Shown here piece after piece: positions 36,225-47,900 of a stretch of DNA of 64,000 nucleotides. The stretch is from contig JANNST010000052.1 of assembly GCA_031402865.1 (NCBI GenBank), positions 4,089 to 68,088 of the forward strand, given 5' to 3'. Below the pieces are notes generated by a model that ran no database searches, was not told the origin of the DNA, and was given only the letters and a program-made list of their open reading frames with translations. Each line of letters begins with the position of its first letter. The stretch's first letter is position 1. Source of the DNA: Chloracidobacterium sp. Lineage in GTDB: Bacteria > Acidobacteriota > Blastocatellia > Pyrinomonadales > Pyrinomonadaceae. Both the position numbers and the translations under genes were made by a program.

Positions 36225-36857
36225 CTACTCTTCGTTTCTTTCGGCCGCCGAAACGACCGAGAGCCAAAGTTCGACGTATTTTCCCCGTACAAAGGGATCA
36301 AGACGGTCGGCGAAGTCTTCGCCCAGATTCTTTATCTTGATCAATTCCTGCACATCCGCAAGATCTTTCAGCCGGTCGCCGGCGGTCATCCCCGACGTTA
36401 GTTTCAGCTCGACCAGCTTGTCAAGCGTTACGGTTTTTACTCCATCGATAAGGACTGAGAAATCTGAAGGATCGGGAAATTGGACCGGTTTGGGCAAGCC
36501 GTCACCAGGAAATTCGCCCGATGTGATAATTTCGACGGGTATATTTTCGTCAGTAGTTCGAAACTTTTTCTTTGCTCCTTCAAAGGCTGGTCGGTAGCCC
36601 AAACCGACAAGCTTTTCGCGAAAATCTTCCAGCCCCTGTTTGGAAAGAAGCAGGTCGATGTCTTCCGTAAAACGCCTGTAACCGTGACGATTTAAGGCAA
36701 TAGCGCCGATAGCCGCGTAATCGATCCCTTCCCGGTCAAGATCGGCGGCTATTTTGCGCAAGGCTTTGTTAAGCATTCCTTTTCCTTTAAAGAATCTGCG
36801 CCCTTCGTCATAGGTCGCGTCGGGCGAGGACAGTATTGTTTGGAAATCGACTGCCAT
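36225..36857 (-). CDS. nucleotidyltransferase-fold protein (tentative)
   Basis: Start trimmed to MAVDFQT. G..AL..HGY.R.T.DIDLL resembles the minimal nucleotidyltransferase GS-x-D-x-D region. Low certainty. Confidence 0.4.
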   Translation of the reverse strand: MAVDFQTILSSPDATYDEGRRFFKGKGMLNKALRKIAADLDREGIDYAAIGAIALNRHGYRRFTEDIDLLLSKQGLEDFREKLVGLGYRPAFEGAKKKFRTTDENIPVEIITSGEFPGDGLPKPVQFPDPSDFSVLIDGVKTVTLDKLVELKLTSGMTAGDRLKDLADVQELIKIKNLGEDFADRLDPFVRGKYVELWLSVVSAAERNEE

Positions 36858-36859
36858 AA

Positions 36860-37294
36860 CTATTCGGCATACGGGAAAATTGCCTTCGGCGCCTTGTGCG
36901 TCCGCCACCAATCGGCGTAGCAAACATCTGTGCAGCCGATTGCTTTTATGACAACCCGCCATCTACTACCCGTTTTTCGCAGCAATGCGAAAAAGTTGTT
37001 GTCGAACGCGTCGGATTTGAACGCGTCCCAATACACCGTATTGCGGTAATCGGGCCGACCGCCGACGGGATTCTGCGGGGTGCCGCTAACAAATACCCAT
37101 GTTCCCTGCACCTTAAAATTATCGGTCACGAACACGATCCTCTGCTTCAGCTCTTTTTCAACCGGAACGCGTAACGCGTCGAGTATCGCCTTGCGTTCGG
37201 GCGAGCCTTTCTCCGGGGTGTGGGCCGATTGAGCCGACACCATAATAGCCGCCGCGATGATTATCGTTGAACCAACAATGAGCTTACTCAGCAT
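36860..37294 (-). CDS. hypothetical secreted protein
   Basis: Signal-like MLSKLIVGSTIIIAAAIMVSAQS. No family recognised. Confidence 0.5.
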   Translation of the reverse strand: MLSKLIVGSTIIIAAAIMVSAQSAHTPEKGSPERKAILDALRVPVEKELKQRIVFVTDNFKVQGTWVFVSGTPQNPVGGRPDYRNTVYWDAFKSDAFDNNFFALLRKTGSRWRVVIKAIGCTDVCYADWWRTHKAPKAIFPYAE

Positions 37295-37343
37295 ACATTC
37301 TAAGTACATCTTCTTTGTGATTATTGCGTCATAACTTTGGGCT

Positions 37344-37406
37344 CTTTGTGTTGAAAGAAAAGGCTTTCAACACAAAGGACACCAAGCTGGCACAAAGGAC
37401 GCAAAT
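37344..37406. repeat. CTTTGTG/CACAAAG-type hairpin plus trailing units
   Basis: ctctttgtgttgaaag pairs with ctttcaacacaaagga, and is followed by caccaagctggcacaaaggacgcaaa. Confidence 0.75.
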
Positions 37407-37451
37407 GAAGAATTGAGTTCACAGGCTCATCAAGCGCACGCCAGGTTCGAA

Positions 37452-40319
37452 TCACGCGGCCGTCGCCGTCTCTATCTCAGTTAGTGCTTCAATACACCTT
37501 TCGCAGACGGTCGGGTACTGTGCGAACTCTCCAACACGTGTCGAATAGTTCCAGCACCGCTCGCATTTGGTGCCATCGGCCTTCTCGATCGTGACATTCA
37601 TTGCATCGCCTTCGTGAACCTCGACCTGCGAAACGATAAAGATGTAACGCAAATCCTCATAATAGTTTAGGAGAAACATCGTCGTGCCTTTATCAGCTGT
37701 CAGTATCACTTTTGCCTCAAGCGAAGAGCCGATCTGCTTCGCGTTCCGGGCTTCTTCAAGCGCCTTAAGCACCTCATCCCGGATCGCGAAAACACGTTCC
37801 CAATCGCTCAACAACGCACCGTTCACATTTTCGACCGCCTTCGGAAACTCGGCCAAATGAACCGAGGCGACCATTTGCCCGGGTAGATTCTCCCATGCTT
37901 CGTCAGACGTAAACGCGAGGATCGGAGCCAGCAAGCGGCAAAGCGTTTCCGTTATTTGATACAGCGCCGTCTGGGCCGAACGCCGCTCGATCGACCTTGG
38001 TGCGTAAATATAGAGGCGGTCTTTGATGATGTCAAAATAACGTGCCGAAAGCGTGACCGTACAGAAATGATAGATCGCGTGATAGGCCGCTTGAAAATCG
38101 AAATCCTCATAGCCCTTCTGCACTTTTGCGGAAACCTCGTCCAAATTTGCCAGCGCCCAGCGGTCGGTCTCAAGCATTTCGCCGTCGGCGACGGAATCGG
38201 TTTCGACGTTGAACCCATCCAGATTGCCGAGAGCGTAACGCAGGGTATTTCGGAATTTGCGGTAAGCATCGACAATTCGGGAAAGGATCTCATCCGAGCA
38301 GCGTACATCCTCGGTATAATCGACCGCCGCCGCCCAAAGCCGCAAAACTTCGGCACCCGATTTGTCGATGATCTCCTGCGGAGCGGTAACGTTTCCGACC
38401 GATTTGCTTTGTTTCTTGCCGTCACCGTCAACGACCCAACCATGCGTAACCACTTGCCTGTACGGAGCCGTGTCGTGCGCCGCCATTCCGCACATCAAAC
38501 TTGAATTGAACCAGCCGCGATACTGGTCGCCGCCTTCAAGATAAACGTCGGCTGGAAACCGGAGCGTGTCGCCGCGGGTTTCCAGAACCGCCACGCAGCT
38601 TGAACCGGAATCGAACCAAACGTCCAGAATATCGGTCTCCTTTCGGAAATCTGCGCCGTTGCATTTTGAACAAACGTATCCTTCAGGCAGCAGCTCGCTT
38701 TCCGGCCGGTTGTACCAGGCATCCGCCGTTTCGAAAGCGAAAATGTCGGCAACATGATCGACCACTTTCGGATCGGCAACCGGTTCGTCGCAGGCCTGAC
38801 AATAAAAAACAGGTATCGGCACGCCCCACGAACGCTGCCGCGAAACGCACCAGTCAGGCCGGCCTCTGAACATATTCCGCATCCGGTCACGGCCCCATGC
38901 CGGGTGCCATTTGACCTTATCGATATGATTGAAGGCATTGTCGCGGAGCGATATTTCTTCGCCGGTCTTAGCCGCTGCATCCATTGAGATAAACCACTGC
39001 GGAGTTGCACGATAAATTACCGGATTCTTGCACCGCCAGCAATGCGGATAGCGATGGTTGTAATTTTCGACATGCAGCAGAGCGCCTTTTTCGCGAAGCA
39101 ATTCGACGATCTTCGGATTCGCCGTAAAGATGTTCTCGCCGGCGAAATGCTCGACTTCCGAGGTAAACCGCCCTGCATTATCAACCGGGCAATAAATTTC
39201 CAAGCCGTACTCTTTCCCGATTAAAAAGTCGTCCGTGCCGTGGCCGGGAGCGGTGTGAACGCAGCCCGTACCCGATTTTCCGGCGGCCTTGTTTTCGTGC
39301 CGGGCATCAAGTTCGACCTCGGCGTCCGCTTCGCCAAATGTTACGTGCTCGCCGTTCATTATCAGCGAGACGCGGTCTATCCAGGCATGCTGGGCTTCGA
39401 GGCGGTCGAGCTTTGAGCCCTTAAAACGGGCAAGCTCCTTTGTCTCACCAAGATCGCACGTTTCAGCGAAAGCAGCGGCCAGTTCCGACGCGACGATATA
39501 GACGTTTTCGCCGGCTTCAACCGCTGAGTAATCAAAATCCGGGTGAATCGAAATACCGAGGTTTGCCGGCAATGTCCAAGGCGTCGTCGTCCATATAACG
39601 ACGGAAACCATCTTTCCCTCGAGCGCCGGGTCGATCAGAGCGGGATCGGACCGCAGGGGAAATTTGACGTAAACAGAAGGCGATGTGTGTTCCTTGTACT
39701 CAACCTCAGCCTCTGCAAGCGCGGTTTGATCGTGGATGCACCAATAAACGGGGCGCAGGCCCTTATAAACATACCCGCGTTCGAGAAATCTACCGAACAG
39801 GCGTGCCGTCGATGATTCGTATTCCGCCGACATCGTCAGGTATGGCGTGTCCCATTCGCCCAAAACGCCAAGTCGCGAAAAGTCGCGCGTTTGCCCGTCC
39901 ATTGCCTTGGATGCGTGCTCGCGGCAGATGCGACGAAACGTCGAAACGGGAATATCAGCCTTGTTCTTGCCTTTTTCGGCCAGTTTTTTCTCGACGTGCG
40001 TTTCAATCGGCAAGCCGTGACAGTCGTAGCCGGGCACATACGGCGCATCAAAGCCCATCATCGAACGCGATTTGACGACGAAATCTTTTAGAATTTTATT
40101 GAGAGCTGTTCCGATGTGTATATCCGCATTCGCATACGGCGGCCCGTCGTGGAGGATAAACTTGTCGCGGCCCTTTCGCGTCTCCGCGATCTTGTTGTAA
40201 AGATCGATGTCCTTCCACTTCTTCAGCCGCGCGGGTTCGCTCTGACCAAGATTCGCCTTTTGCGCAAAATCGGTCTTGGGTAAATTAATAGTCTTCTTCA
40301 GGTCCAAAGGTTCGGTCAT
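37452..40319 (-). CDS. ileS: isoleucine--tRNA ligase
   Basis: HIGH-type motif [16 protein letters not shown]-type KQSKSVGN, and a C-terminal zinc-binding CERCW...CERC. The start was trimmed to [18 protein letters not shown] because the track start lies in the repeat. Confidence 0.97.
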   Translation of the reverse strand: MTEPLDLKKTINLPKTDFAQKANLGQSEPARLKKWKDIDLYNKIAETRKGRDKFILHDGPPYANADIHIGTALNKILKDFVVKSRSMMGFDAPYVPGYDCHGLPIETHVEKKLAEKGKNKADIPVSTFRRICREHASKAMDGQTRDFSRLGVLGEWDTPYLTMSAEYESSTARLFGRFLERGYVYKGLRPVYWCIHDQTALAEAEVEYKEHTSPSVYVKFPLRSDPALIDPALEGKMVSVVIWTTTPWTLPANLGISIHPDFDYSAVEAGENVYIVASELAAAFAETCDLGETKELARFKGSKLDRLEAQHAWIDRVSLIMNGEHVTFGEADAEVELDARHENKAAGKSGTGCVHTAPGHGTDDFLIGKEYGLEIYCPVDNAGRFTSEVEHFAGENIFTANPKIVELLREKGALLHVENYNHRYPHCWRCKNPVIYRATPQWFISMDAAAKTGEEISLRDNAFNHIDKVKWHPAWGRDRMRNMFRGRPDWCVSRQRSWGVPIPVFYCQACDEPVADPKVVDHVADIFAFETADAWYNRPESELLPEGYVCSKCNGADFRKETDILDVWFDSGSSCVAVLETRGDTLRFPADVYLEGGDQYRGWFNSSLMCGMAAHDTAPYRQVVTHGWVVDGDGKKQSKSVGNVTAPQEIIDKSGAEVLRLWAAAVDYTEDVRCSDEILSRIVDAYRKFRNTLRYALGNLDGFNVETDSVADGEMLETDRWALANLDEVSAKVQKGYEDFDFQAAYHAIYHFCTVTLSARYFDIIKDRLYIYAPRSIERRSAQTALYQITETLCRLLAPILAFTSDEAWENLPGQMVASVHLAEFPKAVENVNGALLSDWERVFAIRDEVLKALEEARNAKQIGSSLEAKVILTADKGTTMFLLNYYEDLRYIFIVSQVEVHEGDAMNVTIEKADGTKCERCWNYSTRVGEFAQYPTVCERCIEALTEIETATAA

Positions 40320-40338
40320 AAAGTTGATGGCATTAAAA

Positions 40339-40408
40339 GGCGGAAACCCGCACGGTAGCAAGGGTGTGATCTTAAAGAGGCACACTCCCTACCGGTCGTG
40401 TTTCCGCC
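40339..40408. repeat. GGCGGAAACAC hairpin element, copy 3 (short loop)
   Basis: The right arm 40381-40408 is identical (28/28) to 35192-35219. The left arm 40339-40368 is more diverged. Confidence 0.85.
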
Positions 40409-40468
40409 TTCGGAGCCAAGGTCCGTGTCAAACTCTAAATTTTATCATCTATCGGAGGAAAAATCCCG

Positions 40469-40786
40469 TTACTCTTCTTCGACTGTACACAGCAGCGGAT
40501 ATTCGCGGGCTTTTGCGAGATTCATCGCCTTTTCGGATTTCATATTAGCTATCTCATAGGGATACACCCCGGCGAGGCCGAGGCCTTCGTTGTGGACCTT
40601 GAGCATTATTGAAAAGGCTTCGGGGGCTGAACGCATGAAGACGTATTCCAGGACGAAAACGACGAATTCCATGGTGGTGAAATCGTCGTTGTGCAGCAGC
40701 ACTTTGAAAAGCTTTGGTTTTTCGAGCTTTGTCTCGCGTTCGGTCAGAACGTCGCCGCCGCGTTCAATGTCGGGAAATTCGGGCAT
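40469..40786 (-). CDS. clpS: ATP-dependent Clp protease adaptor
   Basis: 105 aa. YKVLLHNDDFTTMEFVV.VL is the ClpS core. Confidence 0.9.
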   Translation of the reverse strand: MPEFPDIERGGDVLTERETKLEKPKLFKVLLHNDDFTTMEFVVFVLEYVFMRSAPEAFSIMLKVHNEGLGLAGVYPYEIANMKSEKAMNLAKAREYPLLCTVEEE

Positions 40787-40815
40787 AGGAGAAATTTAAC
40801 ACAATAGGAGTAGTA

Positions 40816-40884
40816 AGCCGCAGAGATGCGCAAAAAGCACAAATATGAAGAGAAATTTTGTGCCTTTTGTGCCTTTTTGCGGCT
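40816..40884. repeat. hairpin of the AGCCGCA.A.A.GC.CAAAA family
   Basis: agccgcagagatgcgcaaaaagcacaaa pairs with tttgtgccttttgtgcctttttgcggct. Same family as 19421-19502 and 14491-14520. Confidence 0.8.
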
Positions 40885-42007
40885 ATATCTTATTGACTTC
40901 GAAGTAGGTCTTAATTGCCTTGTATTTCGCGGAGTCGTTCAGGATATCAAATGCCTTAGCGTAATTCTCCAATCCGTCGATCTTGTGCGTCATCATCTGG
41001 CCGAGCCAGCCAAGGTGCATTGCTTCGCATAGGGCCAGATCTTTAACGCCCATTTCGAAATGCTCGCGGCCGGCGTTCACCGTGCCGACCATCGCGCGGT
41101 TGCCGAGCACGAACATCTGATTGATCTTGTCAGACGGGACCTGATCGGTTTTCCGTTCACCGCCCGTGACGGAGGCGAGGATCAGAATACCGTTTTCGTT
41201 CAATGTCTGCATCGCGTCAAAGATGATCGGCGAATAGCCTGTGCATTCAAACACGAGGTCGTACTGATCGTATTTTTTTATCGATTCGGTAATCGGAAGG
41301 TCATCCGTCGAGTCGTACGTCGCGCCTATCGCTAAACACAATTCGGCGTTCAGATAGCCGTCGCCGCTCTGCTTTCCAAAGCTGTGCACTTCGTAACCGC
41401 GCATCCTCAACGCCATTACCGTCAGCAATCCGACGTTTCCCGTTCCCAACACCGCAGCCGTTTTTGGGTGCCAAATCTTGAGGCGTTCCTGAATATCGCT
41501 CGCTTGTTTGAGCCCTTTCTCGATTATCGAAAGCGGTTCAAGCAGAACCCCTATCTCCGCAATCGGCGCCGGTATCCCTACCAAAAAATCGGCGTCTTCG
41601 ACGTAGAAGTCGGCCATGTAGCCATGCAGGCGTGAGATGCCGCGCTCGAAATACTTATCGTCAGTCGTAAAATCCTGCTCGCCGATCTTGTCATAAATGC
41701 TTGAACCGCGCGGGCGCCGCACCGTAGCTACAACGTAATTACCTGCCTCAAATTCCTTAACATTTTCACCCGTCTCAACAACGCGACCAAAATTTTCGTG
41801 GCCAAGTACAAGATAATCAAAGCCCTTTGGCGCGACGCCGTATTCGCCATTGTTGATCTCGCGGTCGGTGCCGCACGCTCCCACGCGAAGCACTTCGACC
41901 AATACGCCGCGTCCGTTTTTTATTTCACTCAATTCCGGTTTTTTCATCTCGATGAGATGAACACTGTTCATTTTTTCTGGAATTACCGCAATCGCCTTCA
42001 TGTTCAT
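40883..42007 (-). CDS. zinc-dependent medium-chain dehydrogenase, glucose 1-dehydrogenase-like
   Basis: VGACGTDREI, LGHENFG and the Rossmann motif VLGTGNVGL. The overall layout resembles archaeal-type glucose dehydrogenases. The substrate is not established. Confidence 0.7.
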   Translation of the reverse strand: MNMKAIAVIPEKMNSVHLIEMKKPELSEIKNGRGVLVEVLRVGACGTDREINNGEYGVAPKGFDYLVLGHENFGRVVETGENVKEFEAGNYVVATVRRPRGSSIYDKIGEQDFTTDDKYFERGISRLHGYMADFYVEDADFLVGIPAPIAEIGVLLEPLSIIEKGLKQASDIQERLKIWHPKTAAVLGTGNVGLLTVMALRMRGYEVHSFGKQSGDGYLNAELCLAIGATYDSTDDLPITESIKKYDQYDLVFECTGYSPIIFDAMQTLNENGILILASVTGGERKTDQVPSDKINQMFVLGNRAMVGTVNAGREHFEMGVKDLALCEAMHLGWLGQMMTHKIDGLENYAKAFDILNDSAKYKAIKTYFEVNKI

Positions 42008-42023
42008 AATAATAAATTTACCT

Positions 42024-42086
42024 CGTTTAGAAGCGGGCTTGCCCGCTGTAAGATAATTGACGCCCGGGCAAGCCCGCTTCTAAACG
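42024..42086. repeat. perfect 22-bp inverted repeat CGTTTAGAAGCGGGCTTGCCCG
   Basis: 42024-42045 and 42065-42086 are exact reverse complements. It lies between the GH63-like stop and the dehydrogenase start. Confidence 0.85.
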
Positions 42087-42119
42087 GCGGATCTTTTTTT
42101 CAAAGGTTTCTCAAAAATG

Positions 42120-44780
42120 TCAGTCCGCGTATTCACCAACCTGTTTTAATAATTTTGCGATCAAGCCTGTCCAGCCTGTTTGATGACTGGCACCAAGGCC
42201 ACGGCCCGTATCGCCGTCAAAATATTCGTGGAATAGAAGATTATCGCGCCAATGATCGTTTCCTTGTAGAGCCGGAACGTCACCAAACACCGGCCGCGAT
42301 CCGCTCTGATCGCGCAGAAAGATGTTGATCAATCGTTTTTCCAGCTCCTGCGACACCTGCCACAGCGTCATCATTTTGCCCGAACCGGTTGGGAATTCTA
42401 CCTTCAGATCGTCGCCATAATAATGGTCGAATTTTTGCAAAGCCTCGATCAGCAAATAATTTACAGGGAACCAAACAGGGCCACGCCAATTCGAATTCCC
42501 GCCAAACATTCCGCTCCGCGATTCAGCCGGTTCGTATTCTACGCGGTACTCTACGTTGTCCATTTCGAGAAAATACGGGCAATCCTTGTGAAACCGCGAC
42601 AGTGACCGAACGCCGAAGTCGGAGAGAAATTCGTCTTCATCAAGCATCGTTTGCAGCACACGTTGGAGCCGCTCTTTGTTCACCAAAGCTAACAGATGGC
42701 GGCCATCGCGGCCCGGCCGCTGCATGCACGCAATGTCCGCGACCAGGTCTTTACGATTTTCGATTAGCCACTGTGTACGGCGGCGGAAGTCCGGTAATTT
42801 ATCCAGCCATTCGTTTTCGATCGTTTCAACCGCAAAGAGTGGGATGAGCCCGACCATTGATCGCAGCTTTATTGGAAACTGGTGCCCGCTCAGATGCAGA
42901 ACGTCGTAATAGAAGCCGTCATGCTCGTCCCACAGCTCAGTCTCCTCGTTACCAAGATTGTTCATTGCGTCAGAGATAAAGACAAAATGCTCGAAGAACT
43001 TGCTCGCAACATCTTCGTAAGCTTTGTCTTCCAACGCGAGCTCCAAAGCAATTGCCAACATGTTCAGACAATACATTGCCATCCAGCTTGTGCCGTCGGA
43101 CTGTTCGAGAAAACCGCCGCCAGGCAGGGGCTTGCTGCGGTCGAAAACACCGACATTGTCGAGGCCGAGGAATCCGCCTTCGAACACGTTGTTTCCTTCG
43201 GCATCTTTGCGATTAACCCACCACGTAAAATTGAGCAGAAGTTTGTGAAAGACCTTCTCAAGAAAGGCGCGGTCGCCAACACCTTTTTTCTTTTCCTCGA
43301 TCTGGTAAACGCGCAATGCTGCCCAGGCATGCACCGGCGGATTTACATCACTGAAAGCCCATTCGTAGGCCGGGATTTGCCCGTTCGGATGCATATACCA
43401 TTCTCGCAGCAGTAAAATCAGCTGTCGTTTTGCAAATCCGGGATCGACAAGCGCTAGCGGGATACAGTGAAACGCCAGGTCCCATGCCGCGTACCAAGGA
43501 TACTCCCATTTATCGGGCATCGAAATAATGTCGTCATTGTATAGGTGCTTCCATTCGGTATTACGCCCAGAAAGACGCTGGTTCGGCGGCGGCGGACTCG
43601 CGGGATCGCCGTCGAGCCACTCTTTAACAACGTAATGATAAAACTGTTTCGACCAGAGCAAGCCTGCAAGCGACTGACGCATCACGCTTTTTGCGTCGTC
43701 GGATAGATTGGCGGGAACAATGTCGGCATAAAACTCATCGGCGTCGGCCTTACGTTGTTCAAAGACGGCTTTGCAGCCATCGCTGAAATCGCCCGGCGGC
43801 ATTCCAGACGCGGTAAACCGAAGATACACCTCCTGCGATTCACCTGAACCGATATCGAAACGATAAAGAGCGGCGGCCTTTGTACCAGTTCGTTTCGGAT
43901 TTACGGCAGCGGTATTTCGGTTAACTATATAGTCGCCAATCCCGTCTTTTGTGTATGCCGACTTATTTTCCGCACTAAAAAGCTTGCTGTTGTTTGTTTC
44001 ATTTTCACAGAACAAAGTCGGGGGCGAACCTTCGCAATAAAGCGTGTAATTACTTTGTAATTCCTTTTCCAGCTTTATTGCGGTGACACCGTTTTCTATG
44101 GTTTCTGATGCCTGGGGTTTTGCCGCATCTACTGACCACGACCACGTATTTCGAAACCAGACAGTCGGCAAAACATGCAATGGAGCTGAGTCGGGTCCCC
44201 GGTTCACGGCGGTTATCCTTATACAGATGTCTTCCGGACCCGCTTTGGCATATTCGATAAAAATATCGAAATACCTGTTATCGTCAAACACGCCGGTGTC
44301 GACAAGTTCATACTCGCGCTCGGATTTGTCGCGGCTGGCATTCCTTTCGTAGAGATCCGCGTACGGGAATGGCGCCTGCGGATATTTGTAAAGATACTTC
44401 ATCGAACAGTGCGCGGGTGTATTGTCGAGATAGTAGTAATACTCCTTCACATCCTCGCCGTGGTTCCCTTTTGGACCGGCCAAGCCAAACAACCTCTCTT
44501 TCAAGATCGGGTCATTTTCGTTCCAAAGCGAAACGGCGAAACATATGTTTTGTTTGCGGTCGCAAATCCCGGCAATTCCGTCTTCATTCCACCGGTAGGC
44601 CCGCAGATGAGAATGCTCAAACGGAAAATAGTCCCACGCGGCACCGTCCGGCGAATAATCTTCGCGGACGGTTCCCCACGCGCGTTCGCTTACATACGGC
44701 CCCCATAGCTTCCAGTCGGCGGTATTGCCGGCGGCCTGTTCGAGCCGTTTTTCTACAGCGCTGAGTTTGTTTTCGGGCAT
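42120..44780 (-). CDS. GH63-like (MGH1/YgjK-type) glycoside hydrolase
   Basis: 886 aa. [14 protein letters not shown] and the (alpha/alpha)6-type C-terminal half with [11 protein letters not shown] are typical of GH63-related glucosidases. Confidence 0.78.
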   Translation of the reverse strand: MPENKLSAVEKRLEQAAGNTADWKLWGPYVSERAWGTVREDYSPDGAAWDYFPFEHSHLRAYRWNEDGIAGICDRKQNICFAVSLWNENDPILKERLFGLAGPKGNHGEDVKEYYYYLDNTPAHCSMKYLYKYPQAPFPYADLYERNASRDKSEREYELVDTGVFDDNRYFDIFIEYAKAGPEDICIRITAVNRGPDSAPLHVLPTVWFRNTWSWSVDAAKPQASETIENGVTAIKLEKELQSNYTLYCEGSPPTLFCENETNNSKLFSAENKSAYTKDGIGDYIVNRNTAAVNPKRTGTKAAALYRFDIGSGESQEVYLRFTASGMPPGDFSDGCKAVFEQRKADADEFYADIVPANLSDDAKSVMRQSLAGLLWSKQFYHYVVKEWLDGDPASPPPPNQRLSGRNTEWKHLYNDDIISMPDKWEYPWYAAWDLAFHCIPLALVDPGFAKRQLILLLREWYMHPNGQIPAYEWAFSDVNPPVHAWAALRVYQIEEKKKGVGDRAFLEKVFHKLLLNFTWWVNRKDAEGNNVFEGGFLGLDNVGVFDRSKPLPGGGFLEQSDGTSWMAMYCLNMLAIALELALEDKAYEDVASKFFEHFVFISDAMNNLGNEETELWDEHDGFYYDVLHLSGHQFPIKLRSMVGLIPLFAVETIENEWLDKLPDFRRRTQWLIENRKDLVADIACMQRPGRDGRHLLALVNKERLQRVLQTMLDEDEFLSDFGVRSLSRFHKDCPYFLEMDNVEYRVEYEPAESRSGMFGGNSNWRGPVWFPVNYLLIEALQKFDHYYGDDLKVEFPTGSGKMMTLWQVSQELEKRLINIFLRDQSGSRPVFGDVPALQGNDHWRDNLLFHEYFDGDTGRGLGASHQTGWTGLIAKLLKQVGEYAD

Positions 44781-44989
44781 AGATCGCTAAAAGAATGTCA
44801 TAAAATCGGCGGGCTAGTCCAACACTTTGCGGTCCGGGTGAAAGAAAATTATGGACGCGGGTATTTTTTTTTGATAGATTTCCTATGCACTGTTTACTAA
44901 GTATTCAATTTGAGAGGCAATTGTGCCGGACTTGTTTTTGAAACAAGGCGGTGATTGATCGTTTTTCCCGCGTATTCTTTGAGGTAAAG

Positions 44990-47900
44990 ATGAATTCGCT
45001 TTCGAACAGGTCAAATTCGAAGTCCGCAAAGGTTCGCGCGTCGGCGGCTGGTAAAGACGCGCGTTTGACTCCGCCGCGAAACATCGGCAATGACAAGCTC
45101 AGCGACATTTTTTTAAGTGTCGGCCGCAAGCTGCGCGAAGGCCTGTCTAACGAAGCGGAAAAAATATTGATAAAGACGATCGAAGGCTACAGCCATTCGG
45201 CCGACAATTTTGCAAACCTCAAGCGGCTGCTGTCTTTCACCCTTGAAACCGTCGGACGGTACAAAGAATCGCTCGAAGTTGTAAAGCCCTTCGAGGACGA
45301 AGATGTGCTGAAACGTCTTGGTCAGGAAACACAGATCAGGGTGACGACACAGCTCGCGATCGCGTACAACAACCTGACCGATCAGCCAAAGGCCGTTACG
45401 CTTCTAAAAGAAACACTTAAACAGGCGCAGGAAAACAACCTCGGCCACCTATCGGGAATCATTGACAGCGCTCTGGCCCGCGTATATCGCAAACTGAATG
45501 AGTTTCCGATCGCCCGCGATTATGCCGAAAAATCCTTAACGTATTTTCGCGAGACGGGTAATTGGCTCGGCATGGCCGAGGCATATCGAGAGCTCGCAAT
45601 TAGCTATCACCAGGAAGGCGGGAGCGAGAAAGCGTTGGAGTATTTCGATCTTGGCATCCAGATCATCGGCGAACGCTCGGCTCCGTTCATGCTAGGCAAG
45701 CTATACACAGACATGTCGGGGGCATACGTATTCCTGCGAAGGCCGCAGGAGGGCATTGCCTGTCTTGAGAAATCGATCGCGTTCTTTGACCGTACCGAGC
45801 ATGTCCTGAATACCGTAATCGCTTATAACAATCTCGGCCTGAATCTTTTGCTTATCGGCGATTGGACCAAGGCTGAAGAAATGATAAAGCGGGCGCTCGA
45901 TCTCGCTTCTAAAAATAATCATGCACATGTCGCAGGAATTCTAGATTCGCTCGGTGAACTAAAGATATTGCGTGGCGAACTTGACGAAGCCGAGGAGCTG
46001 CTTGAAAAAGCGGTTTCGCTTGCTAAAGAGAGGAAGAATGGCTGGTACACGGTACAAGCTATGCGAAATCTGGCTCGCTGCCGACTCGCCCAGGGAAAGC
46101 ACGGCAGAGCGGCGGCGACTGCTCGTGCAGCCATCGAATTATCACGTGAGATAGACGATAAGCACTATGCGAATATGGCCGGCCTCGTACTCGCGGAGAG
46201 CTATTTGCACGTTGGTACGATTGCCGAGTGTGAAAATTACCTTAAAGTTATAGAGGAAACGGACGCCACTTCTGACTTTTTCGTGCTTGGAAGTATCCAG
46301 CACATACGCGGCCTGGCGGCCCTTAAAGATAGCGACAAGCAGCTAGCCGTTCATCATTTTAACCGTAGTTTGACTATCTTCGAAGCTGCGGAAGACCTTT
46401 ATCATTCAGCGTTGGCACATTTTCTGATCGGCGGAAATCTGGACGGGTCGCAATCATCGCGCGCGATCAAACATCTAACGACGGCGGGCGAGATATTCAA
46501 AAAACTCAGTATTCCATCGTATGTTGCCGCGGTGGCTGAAAAGATCCACGAACTAAAGGACCCGAAGCTTGCGAAAAGGCCTGCCGGAGAAAATTTACGT
46601 CAGAATTCGGTGGTTTCGCAACTGTTGATGGTACGCCTTGCTGAGGCTACGGCGTCTCGCGAACTGCTGTTCCGTGAACTTGTTGCAGTGCTCCAGCAGG
46701 AGAGTCAGGCCAAAAAGATCATCATCGCCGAGCCGCACGAGAACAAGAAATTGCGGCCGTTTATTACACACGGCTATTCGCCCGAAGAAAGCGTCGAGCT
46801 GGTTGCAAAGTTTGACGCCGCGCAACAGAAGGGAGACGAAAAGGCGTTTGTGAAGCTAAAGAATCTGGCGGTTTTTCCGCTGCGTGCGTCAAGCGCGACA
46901 CCGGCGTTTCTATTAATCCAGCCGCAGTCGGGTGCGGTGTTGAATGACGACAGCTCACTGCAACCACTGCTTCGAGTGGTCGAATTGGGAATGGACGTCG
47001 TCTCGCTCCGGGCACGTGACAAATCGACGCCGATCGAGCAGGAATCAAGCCCTTACACGTCGAACAGCTTGATGCCGGGATTTATTCATTCGTCGCCGGC
47101 GATGACATCGCTTGTCGAAGAAGTTTATAAGATACGGTCGTCGGACGTAACGGTGCTGGTAACGGGTGAATCTGGAACGGGTAAGGAACTTGTGTCGCGT
47201 GCGATCCATGCGATCTCAAACCGCAAGGACAAGATATTCGTTCCATTCAACTGCACGGCCGTACCCAAGGAGCTTGCCGAAGGGCATCTGTTCGGATACC
47301 GCAAGGGAGCCTTTACCGGTGCTGTCACGGATTCGCCGGGTATGATCCGCGCGGCCGATGGCGGCACCCTGTTTTTGGATGAGATCGGCGACCTACCTAT
47401 AGAAGTTCAGCCAAAGATCCTCCGGTTTCTGCAGGAAGGCGAGGTGCAGCCGATCGGTGAGAAGCGGCCAATGAAGGTCGATGTGCGCGTCATCGCCGCC
47501 ACGAACATGCCGCTTGAAGACAAGGTCGCGGACGGCAGTTTCCGTGAGGATCTCTATTACCGCCTTAATGTAATAAGGCTGCGCGTGCCGCCGCTGCGGG
47601 AGCGCCGTTCGGAGATACCGCCGATAATCAACTACTACATCAATCACTATTCGTCACGGTTCGACAAGCATGACATCACCTTTACGCCGCAGACAGTCGA
47701 TCTGTTGATGGTTTGCGATTGGGAAGGCAACGTACGGCAATTGTGCAACGAGGTGCAGCGGATAATTGCCCGTGCCGTCGATAACGAGGTCGTCACGCCC
47801 GATCACCTTTCGCCGGAACTAAAGCGAAGCGCCAAGCCGTTAACTACTTTCGGCGAGAATTCAAACGTAACGCCGATCGCTTCCTACGACAGCTTATTTT

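Noticed and set aside
40320-40468. Possible T-box or other riboswitch leader upstream of ileS
   Set aside because: The region is explained by a copy of the GGCGGAAACAC hairpin that also occurs upstream of the unrelated lgt and GH20 genes. I could not identify a specifier loop or T-box sequence.
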